The notes: generated by a model from the sequence alone, not told the origin. A DNA stretch of 64,000 nucleotides from Eledone cirrhosa (GCA_964016885.1 OZ024744.1:115444001-115508000), one strand, 5' to 3'; shown: positions 30,430 to 41,237, numbered from the stretch's first letter. Numbers and translations are program-made.

Positions 30430-33400
30430 TCCATTGAAAGAGTCTAGCTTCATGTCTCTCCAGTCTCTATATAACCTCTACATTAACTACCCATGTCTCA
30501 CTACCATGTAACATTACATCAGATGTCCATTGAAACATGCTAGCTTCATATCTCCCCAGTCTCTATATAACCTCTACATTAACTATCATGTCTCACTACC
30601 ATGTAACATTACATCACATGTCCATTGAAACATGCTAGCTTCATATCTCCCCAGTCTCTATATAACCTCTACATTAACTATCATGTCTCACTACCATGTA
30701 ACATTACATCACATGTCCATTGAAACATGCTAGCTTCATATCTCCCCAGTCTCTATATAACCTCTACATTAACTATCATGTCTCACTACCATGTAACATT
30801 ACATCAGATGTCCATTGAAACATGCTAGCTTCATGTCTCTCCAGTCTCTATATAACCTCTACATTAACTACCCATGTCTCACTACCATGTAACATTACAT
30901 CAGATGTCCATTGAAACATGCTAGCTTCATGTCTCTCCAGTCTCTATATAACCTCTACATTAACTACCATGTCTCACTACCATGTAACATTACATCAGAT
31001 GTCCATTGAAACATGCTAGCTTCATGTCTCTCCAGTCTCTATATAACCTCTACATTAAATACCCATGTCTCACTACCATGGAACATTAACATCACAGGGC
31101 ATTTGAAACATGCTAGCTTCATGTCTCTCCAGTCTCTATATAACCTCTACATTAACTACCCATGTCTCACTACCATGTAACATTACATCAGATGTCCATT
31201 GAAACATGCTAGCTTCATTTCTCTCTAGTCTCTATATAACCTCTACATTAACTACCCATGTCTCACTACCATGTAACATTACATCAGATGTCTATTGAAA
31301 CATGCTAGCTTCATTTCTCTCCAGTCTCTATATAACCTCTACATTAACTACCATGTCTCACTACCATGTAACATTACATTACAGGTCCATTAAAACATGC
31401 TAGCTTCATTTCTCTCCAGTCTCTATATAACCTCTACATTAATTACCCATATCTCACTACATGTAACACTACATCAGATGTCTATTGAAACATGCTAGCT
31501 TCATTTCTCTCCAGTCTCTCTATAACCTCTACATTAACTACCCATGTCTCACTACCATGTAACATTACATCAGATGTCCATTGAAACATAGTAGCTTCAT
31601 TTCTCACCAGTCTCTATATAACCTCTACATTAACTACCCATGTCTCACTACCATGTAACATTACATTACAGGTCCATTGAAACATGTTAGCTTCATGTCT
31701 CTCCAGTCTCTATATAACCTCTACATTAACTACCCATGTCTCACTACCATGTAACGTTACATCAGATGTCCATTGAAACATGCTAGCTTCATGTCTCTCC
31801 AGTCTCTATATAACCTCTACATTAACTACTCATGTCTCACTACCATGTAACATTACATCAGATGTCCATTGAAACATGCTAGCTTCATTTCTCTCCAGTC
31901 TCTATATAACCTCTACAGTAACTACCCATGTCTCACTACCATGTAACATTACATCAAATGTCCATTGAAACATAGCAGCTTCATTTCTCTGCAGTCTCTC
32001 TATAACCTCTACATTAACTACCCATGTCTGACTACCATATAACATTACATCAGATGACCATGTAACATGCTAGCTTCATGTCTCTCCAGTCTCTATATAA
32101 CCTCTACATTAACTACCCATGTCTCACTACCATGTAACACTACATCAGATGTTTATTGTAACATGCTAGCTTCATGTCTCTCCAGTCTCTATATAACCTC
32201 TACATTAACTACCCATGTCTCACTACCATGTAACACTACATCAGATGTCTATTGAAACATGCTAGCTTCATTTCTCTCCAGTCTCTATATAACCTCTACA
32301 GTAACTACCCATGTCTCACTACCATGTAACATTACATCAGATGTCTATTGAAACATGCTAGCTTCATTTCTCTCCAGTCTCTATATAACCTCTACATTAA
32401 CTACCATGTCTCACTACCATGTAACACTACATCACAGTGCCATTTTAACATGCTAGCTTCATTTCTCTCCAGTCTCTATATAACCTCTACATTAACTACC
32501 CATGTCTCACTACCATGTAACATTACATCAGATGTCCATTGAAACATGCTAGCTTCATTTCTCTCCAATCTCTATATAACCTCTACATTAACTACCCATG
32601 TCTCCCTACCATGTAACATTACATCAGACGTCCATTGAAATATGCTAGCTTCATTTCTCTCCAGTCTCTGTATAACCTCTACATTAACTTCCTCTGTCTC
32701 ACTACCATGTAACATTACATCAGATGTCTATTGAAACATGCTAGCTTCATTTCTCTCCAGTCTCTATATAACCTCTACATTAACTACCCATGTCTCACTA
32801 CCATGTAACATTACATCACAGGGCCATTGAAACATGCTAGCTTCATTTCTCTCCAGTCTCTATATAACCTCTACATTAACTACCCATGTCTCACTACCAT
32901 GTAACATTACATCACAGGGCCATTGAAACATGCTAGCTTCATTTCTCTCCAGTCTCTCTATATAACCTCTACATTAACTACCCACATCTCACTACCATGT
33001 AACATTTCATCAGATGTCCATTGAAACATGCTAGCTTCATTTCTCTCCAGTCTCTCTATATAACCTCTACATTAACTACCCATGTCTCACTACCATGTAA
33101 CATTACATCAGATGTCCATTGAAACATGCTAGCTTCATTTCTCTCCAGTCTCTCTATATAACCTCTACATTAACTACCCATGTCTCACTACCATGTAACA
33201 TTACATCAGATGTCCATTGAAACATGCTAGCTTCATAGCTCTCCAGTCTCTATATAACCTCTACATTAACTACCCATGTCCCACTACCATGTAACAATAC
33301 ATCAGATGTCCATTGAAACATGCTAGTTTCATTTCTCTACTGTCTACCCATGTCCTCTGCAATCATTGCCCATGTTTCACTACCAAAAGAATTTCAGAAA

Positions 33401-33449
33401 GTATTAAAAGATTTAAAACATTCCAAAAATGAAAAGTACCACATCCTAC

Positions 33450-33647
33450 CTTCTACTTTAAAGAGGCCTGATAGACTTTCATCTCCATCTTGCCACTTTC
33501 GAGACCGCTCACTGCTGGTATATGAGGCACTCTTTGATGTTGGAAAATTAGCTGAGTTTGTATCTCGCAAAGTTTTTTTGTTCTGGAATGTTTTAGCTTT
33601 TTGAGAGACCTTTAGGTCAGAATACTGTAGCATCATTGCCATTAAAT
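33450..33647 (-). CDS. SYNRG: Synergin-gamma-like internal coding exon E5 (198 nt, phase 1-1)
   Basis: Acceptor ctaattttAG|AT, donor GAAG|GTAGG. Reads (D)LMAMMLQYSDLKVSQKAKTFQNKKTLRDTNSANFPTSKSASYTSSERSRKWQDGDESLSGLFKVE(G); phase fits exon 37231-37377. Confidence 0.8.
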
Positions 33648-33719
33648 CTAAAATTAGACATAAGAAATTCTTCAATAAAAGTTTATAAATATTGTGTACA
33701 TCAATTATTATTATTATCA

Positions 33720-33965
33720 TTATGGTTAGCTTTGCCTTTCATCCATACGGGGATGATAAAATTAAGTACCAGTAATATACTGGAGTAAATCTAATTGACT
33801 TTCCCTTTTCTCTTCAAATTGCTGACCTTGTGCCAACTGTAGAAACAATTATTATCATTATAGTTCATCCTTACATGTTCAGTAAAATAAAGTACCAGTA
33901 ATAAACTGGGATTGATTTAATCGATTTTTGCCCCCACCTAAAAATGGCTGGCCTTGTGAAACCAT
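33720..33965 (+). mobile_element. Two partial SINE copies (3' halves)
   Basis: CTTTGCCTTTCATCCATACGGGGATGATAAAATTAAGTACCAGT and a second ...AAATAAAGTACCAGT...GCTGGCCTTGTG, matching the SINE at 40706-40903. Confidence 0.75.
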
Positions 33966-34431
33966 TATTTTCAAATTAAGGCAGGATTCGTTAAAGAATT
34001 AAAATATTTGATTCGGCTCTATGCACTGTTAGTTCAACTATTATACAGTTTCACTTTGTCTTCCAACTTTCCAGATCAATAAAGAAATTATCAGTTCCAT
34101 GTTGGTGCATCCTTCTCTCTCCTGCCACTTCATGAATGTTCCTCAGGATCAAGGGAGGGGGGTTGAGAGAGAGGGTTCTGAGGTGGCTGTGTCTACTAAC
34201 AACTGACAAAAAGATATTTAAAACACTTAATGAAAGCAACATAGATACTACCATGTCATACCATATTGTGATTAACAACCATAGTTCATTTTTATGCCAC
34301 GTTACTAATCTAAAGTCAGTATTAAGCTAGATGGCTTGTTAGGCAGGTGCTTAAACTTATTTTGTGGTCTGGAGCGACTGATCACACATGACCCCACCCA
34401 CAGCAGCACACCACTACATGACAGGCTAACC

Positions 34432-35791
34432 CTGTCACTACCATGTAGCATTACATCAGATGTCCATTGAAACATGCTAGCTTCATTTCTCTCGAGCCTC
34501 TATATAACCTCTACATTAACTACCATGTCTCACTACCATGTAAAATTACATCAGATGTCCATTGAAATATACTAGCTTCATTTCTCTCCAGTCTCTATAT
34601 AACCTCTACATTAACTACCCATGTCACACTACCATGTAACATTACATCTGATGTCCATTGAAACATGTTAGCTTCATTTCTCGCCGTCTTTATATAACCT
34701 CTACATTAACTACCCATGTCTCACTACCATGTAACATTACATCAGATGTCCATTGATACATGCTTGCTTCATTTCTCTCCAGTCTCTATATAACCTCTAC
34801 ATTAACTACCCATGTCACACTACCATGTAACATTACATCTGATGTCCATTGAAACATGTTAGTTTCATTTCTCTCCAGTCTCTATATAACCTCTACATTA
34901 ACTACCCATGTCTCACTACCATGTAACATTACATCAGATGTCCATTGAAACAGTCTAGCTTCATTTCTCTCCAGTCTCTATATAACCTCTACATTAACTA
35001 CCCATGTCTCACCACCATGTAACATTACATCAGATGTCCATTGAAACATGCTAGGTTCATTTCTCTCCAGTCTCTATATAACCTCTACATTAACTACCAT
35101 GTCTCACTACCATGTAACATTACATCAGATGTCCATTGATACATGCTTGCTTCATTTCTCTCCAGTCTCTATATAACCTCTACATTAACTACCCATGTCT
35201 CACTATCATGTAACATTACATCAGATGTCCATTGAAACATGCTAGCTTCATGTCTCTCCAGTCTCTATATAACCTCTACATTAACTACCCATGTCTCACT
35301 ACCATGTAACACTACATCAGATGTCCATTGTAACATGCTAGCTTCATTTCTCTCCAGTCTCTATATAACCTCTACATAAACTACCCATGTCTCACTACCA
35401 TGTAACATTACATCAGATGTCCATTGTAACATGCTAGCTTCATTTCTCTCGAGCCTCTATATAACCTCTACATTAACTACCCATGTCTCACTACCATATA
35501 ACATTACATCAGATGTCCATTGTAACATGCTAGCTTCATTTCTCTCGAGCCTCTATATAACCTCTACATTAACTACCCATGTCTCACTACCATATAACAT
35601 TACATCAGATGTCCATTGAAACATGCTAGCTTCATTTCTCTCCAGTCTCTATATAACCTCTACATTAACTACCCATGTCTCACTACCATGTAACATTACA
35701 TCAGATGTCCATTGAAACATGCTAGCTTCATTTCTCTCCAGTCTCTATATAACCTCTACATGAACTACCCATATCTCACTACCATGTAACA
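34432..35791. repeat. Second 96-bp satellite array (~14 monomers), same orientation as the main array
   Basis: Same 96-nt monomer as 1-33386, separated from it by ~1 kb of unique sequence containing exon E5. Confidence 0.97.
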
Positions 35792-35804
35792 TTGGACTTC
35801 ATAA

Positions 35805-37135
35805 CCTTCTTCTCCTCCTCCTTCTTATTTGCCAATCTATTCCTGGGAAGATCATGGCGGCAGAGTCCTCAAATACCACCTTCCAGAAGGTCCTGTCAGA
35901 AGCAACCATCTCCAACTGGATCCCAGCCAAGCTCATCTATGTTATGTAACCATCTTGCTCAGTCTCTACCCCTGGGTCTCCGGCCAGTTAGTTTTGCCCA
36001 TAAAATCTGTCCAGAGATTTTTTTCCTGAGACATTCTAACCACATGTCTGTAGTATCAGAGCTGTATCTCTCAATTTAGAGATTCTTTCCTGAGACATTC
36101 TAACCACATGTCATAGTATCAGAGCTGTGATCTCTCAATTCAGAGATTCTTTATGAGACATTCTAACCACATGTACATAGTATCAGAGCTGTGATCTCTC
36201 AATTCAGAGATTCTTTCCTGAGACATTCTAACCACATGTACATAGTATCAGAGCTGTGATCTCTCAATTTAGAGATTCTTTCCTGAGACATTGTAACCAC
36301 ATGTCATAGTATCAGAGCTGTGATCTCTCAATTCAGAGATTCTTTCCTGAGACATTCTAACCACATGTACATAGTATCAGAGCTGTGATCTCACAATTCA
36401 GAGATTCTTTCCTGAGACATTCTAACCCCATGTCCATAGTATCAGAGCTGTGATCTCTCAATTCAGTGATTCTTTCCTGAGACATTCTAACCACATGTCC
36501 ATAGTATCAGATATGTGATCTCTCAATTTAGAGATTCTTTCCTGAGACATTCTAACCCCATGTCCATAGTATCAGATATGTGATCTCTCAATTCAGAGAT
36601 TTTTTCCTGAGACATTCTAACCCCATGTCCATAGTATCAGAGCTGTGATCTCTCAATTCAGTGATTCTTTCCTGAGACATTCTAACCACATGTCCATAGT
36701 ATCAGATATGTGATCTCTCAATTCAGAGATTTTTTCCTGAGACATTCTAACCACATGTCCATAGTATCAGAGCTGTGATCTCTCAATTCAGAGATTCTTT
36801 CCTGAGACATTCTAACCACATGTACATAGTATCAGAGCTGTGATCTCTCAATTCAGAGATTCTTTCCTGAGACATTCTAACCATATGTCATAGTATCAGA
36901 GATGTGATCTCTCAATTCAGAGATTCTTTATGAGACATTCTAACCACATGTCATAGTATCAGAGCTGTGATCTCTCAATTCAGAGAAGTAACCGCTCTAC
37001 TTTGAGTGATTCGCTGATTTCCGAGTTACGCACTCTATCAAGTAATGTTACTCCAAAGACCCTTGTGATGGACCCCATTTCAGCCACTTGTATTGGCGAT
37101 CATCTTTTTTCAGTCATTAACATTCATGACCCTAG
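35805..37135 (-). mobile_element. Degenerate RTE-clade LINE 3' fragment with an internal tandem array
   Basis: Minus strand reads approximately IQVAEMGSITRVFGVTLLDRVRNSEISESLKVERLLL*IERSQL, then the array, then the GRRPRG-type C-terminal segment; typical RTE ORF end. Confidence 0.85.
36012..36985 (-). repeat. 64/65-bp tandem array (~15 copies)
   Basis: Unit GAGATTCTTTCCTGAGACATTCTAACCACATGT(C)CATAGTATCAGAGCTGTGATCTCTCAATTCA; reverse complement of the unit at 47650-49090. Confidence 0.96.
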
Positions 37136-37230
37136 GTAAGGGTTGGAGCAAATACCAAATTGAAGATAGCTTCTTCTGATTATTGAATGTTTCAGAATAA
37201 AAATAATATAATCATATTCAATTGTTTTAC

Positions 37231-37377
37231 CTTTCGTTTCTTCTTCTTCATTGGCTTTACCCAAAGGATTAGTTACAGATGAAGATAAACCTAGAGAACC
37301 CATCCATGGTTTCTCAGACTGTTCAGAACTTGGTCCTTGCATAAAGTCTCCAAAACTATCTGGATCACTGTCTATTG
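37231..37377 (-). CDS. SYNRG: Synergin-gamma-like coding exon E4 (147 nt, phase 1-1) with DSFGDF motif
   Basis: Acceptor tatttcAG|CA, donor AAAG|GTAAAA. Reads (A)IDSDPDSFGDFMQGPSSEQSEKPWMGSLGLSSSVTNPLGKANEEEETK; FGDF fits the gamma-adaptin-ear-binding motif of synergin/aftiphilin. Confidence 0.85.
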
Positions 37378-37435
37378 CTGAAATAAGATAAGATAAATGG
37401 ATGGTCGTGGTGAGCGGATAATAATTATTATATAC

Positions 37436-37492
37436 ACCGTCTAACCGATGCTAGCGTAGAAGATAGACGTTAAATGTTAATGATGATGATGA
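37436..37492 (+). mobile_element. Short RTE-type 3' tail remnant
   Basis: CCGTCTAACCGATGCTAGCGTAGAAGATAGACGTTAAA...(GAT)n; reverse complement of the ends at 41258 and 47032. Confidence 0.6.
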
Positions 37493-37948
37493 CACAAACA
37501 AATACACATTCTTCTATTCGATATCAACAAAGGCTAGTTACACACAAACATAATACACAATTTTACTGTGACTCTGTTGTTTTTCCTATGTTATCACAAT
37601 AACTTCAAAGCAAGTTATTAACTTAATAACATTATTAAAGTAGCAGCTCTTGTTAATCGTTCATTCACTACTGGCTATGGAAAACATAGCTCTGAACTCT
37701 CTGAGACAAACAGACATATATCTGTCAGCCAATAATGAACAAACTGACCAACCTACCAAATCATATATACAATAAACACACATGAAAATCCCCTAACATT
37801 TGGTGAACACACCTGGTCACAACCAATAAACATATTGCTACTACAAATCTGCATACCTGTCGGTGTTAGAACAACAGCTTTAGATATATGTGGAATGTGG
37901 TATAGGACTTTAAGAGTTATGTACATATATATGTGAAAATCTACATAC

Positions 37949-38238
37949 CTGTTACTGTTGCATTAGAGGTTGGAACAGCTTTAGATGTATGTGGAATGTG
38001 GACTTTCGGTTTTGATTTTGGAACTTTACCAAACATGGACTCAATCATGCGGTCAGGATCAGAAGATACAACGCCTAATCGACCAAATAGTTTCAATTTC
38101 ATTTGTTGTTCATGGAAATGTTTTCCTTTTCTCTGGTCTTCAACAATATGAGCATTAACAGGCACTCCAGTTATCACTTGACCAGGAACGACACCATGTA
38201 CAATACCTGGCACCATTGTTGCATGGAACTGTTGGCTA
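37949..38238 (-). CDS. SYNRG: Synergin-gamma-like coding exon E3 (290 nt, phase 2-1)
   Basis: Acceptor tttctttgtcAG|T, donor ACAG|GTATG. Reads SQQFHATMVPGIVHG...EDQRKGKHFHEQQMKLKLFGRLGVVSSDPDRMIESMFGKVPKSKPKVHIPHTSKAVPTSNATVT; resembles the N-terminal coiled segment of synergin gamma (human FEEQKQKLRLL, recalled). Confidence 0.85.
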
Positions 38239-38481
38239 CTGACAAAGAAATTTAAAGAAATTAAATAAAAACCTTTTTAAAAAAAGAAAAAAAAAAAGAA
38301 AAGAAAAAGAAAAGAAAAAAAACGAAACAAAAATAAAATAGAATAAAATTTACAACTAATTTTTTTTTTTTTGTTTGTAACAAAATCTCTAATTAAATAA
38401 ATTCTTTATAATTGTTCTATGAAACCAAATAACAGAAGTCAACATAAGTCAAACAAGTGACATCATTCAATATCAGTCATA

Positions 38482-38707
38482 TACCGTCTATACTCGAATA
38501 CAAGACCCCCCCCCCCCCCCAAAAAAAAAAAATATATACTTGAATATAAGCTGAGGAATATGTGACCAAAAAAATGTATGGTAAAATGGGGTGGGGGTGG
38601 CTTATATAACCATCTAAACAATGTGTTGATTAGCTGCCTCGTTTTGGATTTTCACCTACCTCCCTGTCATCAAATATGAGAGTCAGCTTATATTTGAGTA
38701 TATACTA
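38482..38707. mobile_element. Degenerate Tc1/mariner-pogo-type MITE
   Basis: Left TACCGTCTATACTCGAATACAAG and right CTTATATTTGAGTATATACTA form imperfect terminal inverted repeats with TA ends. Confidence 0.6.
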
Positions 38708-38774
38708 AATCACCATGAATCATGAATCACCGAAGCTATGTGAATCACATGTCACATTACTCAATGTAAGTCTC

Positions 38775-39535
38775 ATGAGCCAACATGAGTCAACATAAGC
38801 CACACAACCCAATATGAGCCCTATGAGCCATATGACCCAATGTGAGCCAACATGAGCCACATGAGCCAACATGAGTCAACATAAGCCACACAACCCAATA
38901 TGAGCCCTATGAGCCATATGACCCAATGTGAGCCAACATGAGCCACATGAGCCAACATGAGTCAACATAAGCCACACAACCCAATATGAGCCCTATGAGC
39001 CATATGACCCAATGTGAGCCAACATGAGCCACATGAGCCAACATGAGTCAACATAAGCCACACAACCCAATATGAGCCCTATGAGCCATATGACCCAATG
39101 TGAGCCAACATGAGCCACATGAGCCAACATGAGTCAACATAAGCCACACAACCCAATATGAGCCCTATGAGCCATATGACCCAATGTGAGCCAACATGAG
39201 CCACATGAGCCAACATGAGTCAACATAAGCCACACAACCCAATATGAGCCCTATGAGCCATATGACCCAATGTGAGCCAACATGAGCCACATGAGCCAAC
39301 ATGAGTCAACATAAGCCACACAACCCAATATGAGCCCTATGAGCCATATGACCCAATGTGAGCCAACATGAGCCAACATAAGTCCTATGAGTGACATGAG
39401 CCAACATGGGTCCTATAAGTCACATGACCCAGTATGACCCAACATGAGCCAACATGAGCCAACATGAGCCAACATGAGTCACATGACCCAGTATGAGCCA
39501 ACATGAGTCCTATGAGTCAACATGAACCAACATGC
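38775..39535. repeat. 86-bp minisatellite (~7 copies) built from ~10-bp ATGAGCCAAC subunits, with a degenerate 10-mer tail
   Basis: ATGAGTCAAC recurs at 38871 and 39301 (5 x 86 bp); simple 10-mer repeats at ~39370-39535. Confidence 0.93.
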
Positions 39536-39727
39536 AGTATTTAAGTAGAGATTTGGTTGTTACTAAAAAAAAGCATGTAAAATATACAATCTATCTTCTA
39601 AATATTTTTTAGGTAATTTTCTGTTATTGTTTTACTTCTGGTTTTACGATGCATAACTCTATTTTTAAATGTTCACATATAACCCCTTTCACATCAAATT
39701 GCCCAAAACAGAACCTGGTTCTATGAT

Positions 39728-40700
39728 ATGACATAGATGCCAACTTAAGGAATGCCACAGTACTAAAGTACGCAGACGACATCAAGCTGTACCTTGAGAT
39801 AAAAAGGACAGATCCTGAACACTATAGATCTTGCTTGCAGTCTGACCTAGACACAATGCAACAGTGGATCTCAGACTGGCAACTCAAGCTAGCTGTGGAC
39901 AAGTGCACCACCATGCATTTTGGGAGTAAAAACCCAGCGTCCACATACTCCCTCCACAGCACTAATATCAAGAAGTCTTCCTGTGAACGTGACCTGGGCA
40001 TTACGGTCAGCAGCGATTTGCGTTGGACGAGGCACGTCTCTAAAATTGTCAAGAGGGCCGAGGGTGTCTTAGCATCACTCAGCAAGACCTTTGTCAGCCG
40101 CTCTCCAGATATCTATTTAAGGCTGTATACAGCTATGGTGCGACCACACTTAGAATTTGCATCACCAGTCTGGAACCCCTATCTTGCTCAGGACATTGAC
40201 TGCCTGGAAACTGTTCAGAGACGTGCAACCAAGCGAATACCCTCCATCAGGCATCTACCATACTCTGAGCGCCTTGCTTCCCTGGGCATGGTTTCATTGA
40301 AGCTCCGACGCCTGGCAACTGACTTGGTAAACACCCACAAAATTGTTAACCATGTTGCCAACAACAACCCTGAGTACTTTTTCGATTTCCATGTGTCTAA
40401 CACACGTGGACATGCCCACAAAGTAAGAAAACAACACAGTTCCCATGACTTTCGGAAACATTTTTTCACGCTCAGAGTTGCTGAAGCATGGAACAAACTA
40501 CCTGCATCAGTTGTTAGCTGTCGAGACACTACATCCTTTAAGGCCTCCATGCTTCCCGAGATCCGCCAACAGAACAGCTAACACATACACACATGTACTT
40601 CCCTGACATTTGTGTATTATTCTATGTACTATATTGACGAGTTGTAGTGCACCTGAGCACTTTACACAATAATTTCATTATTATTATTATTATTATTATA
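39728..40700 (+). mobile_element. 5'-truncated CR1/L2-group LINE: RT C-terminus, 3'UTR and (TTA)n tail
   Basis: Open frame from 39730: DIDANLRNATVLKYADDIKLY...LQSDLD...ERDLGI...MVRPHLEFASPVWNPY...LETVQRRATK...TRGH...FFTLRVAEAWNKLP, stop at 40581. YADD catalytic motif; 3' hairpin AGTGC-ACCTGA-GCACT at 40646-40661. Confidence 0.95.
39730..40581 (+). pseudogene. LINE ORF2 reverse-transcriptase fragment (uninterrupted, no start or endonuclease)
   Basis: Track ORF 39835-40581 extends upstream in frame through YADD to a stop at 39724-39726. Confidence 0.9.
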
Positions 40701-40705
40701 TAACA

Positions 40706-40903
40706 AAGGCGGTGAATTGGCAGTATCGGTAGAGGGTCGGACGCCATGCTTTCCAGCATAGTTACGTCCCTTTACGATCTGAGTTCAAATCCCGCCGAGG
40801 TTGACTTTGCCTTTCATCCTTACGGGGTCGATAAAATAAAGTACCAGTAATGCACTGGATAATTGCTGGCCTTGTGCCTAAAGTAGAAACAATTATTATT
40901 ATA
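40706..40903 (+). mobile_element. tRNA-derived SINE, near full length
   Basis: A-box-like TGGCAGTATCGG, B-box-like GAGTTCAAATCC, core GACTTTGCCTTTCATCCTTACGGGGTCGATAAAATAAAGTACCAGT, (ATT)n tail; resembles the abundant octopus SINE family. Confidence 0.88.
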
Positions 40904-41089
40904 TAACACTATTTATATTTATCTTCCATCATAATTTTATTTAAGAACCTTTGTTATGTTCCAAACACCATCTTAATAATGATAAAGTGTATTTCTAAAA
41001 TTATTTGAAAACCACAGAATGTTCTTCACCAGGAGTATTGTGATGGAACGGTTAAATTAAAACCTTTCATCATATTTTTATAAGAACAA

Positions 41090-41237
41090 TTATTTGCACA
41101 AGGCCAACAATTTTGGGCAAGGGGAAATTCAATTAAATAAACCCCAGTGCATTACTGGTACTTTATTTTATTGGACCTTGTAAATATGAAAGATGAAAGA
41201 CAAAGCTAACCTTGGCATGATTTGAACTCAGAATGTA
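41090..41237 (-). mobile_element. SINE copy, same family, antisense
   Basis: ACAAGGCCAACAATTTT...ACTGGTACTTTATTTTATT...ATTTGAACTCAGAA is the reverse complement of 40706-40903. Confidence 0.8.

Larger units (their letters stand above)
1..33386. repeat. 96-bp satellite array (~340 monomers, runs off the left edge), intronic, RTE-LINE-derived
   Basis: Consensus TGAAACATGCTAGCTTCATTTCTCTCCAGTCTCTATATAACCTCTACATTAACTACCCATGTCTCACTACCATGTAACATTACATCAGATGTCCAT (96 nt) repeated head-to-tail, with 94-95 nt deletion variants. Interrupted only by two CR1 3'-end inserts. Confidence 0.98.

Noticed and set aside
1-33386. Centromere call for the 96-bp array
   Set aside because: HOR structure is suggestive only; the array appears intronic and sequence alone cannot show centromere function.
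531-35619. Repeated 62-aa plus-strand ORFs (MLASFLSCLYITST...)
   Set aside because: Chance read-through of two satellite monomers where the TGA is mutated; antisense to the RTE-derived frame.
39822-40550. Minus-strand ORFs of 87 and 111 aa
   Set aside because: Antisense shadows of the LINE RT frame.
40706-40800. tRNA gene
   Set aside because: A/B boxes belong to a SINE head; no complete cloverleaf, and several degenerate copies lie nearby.
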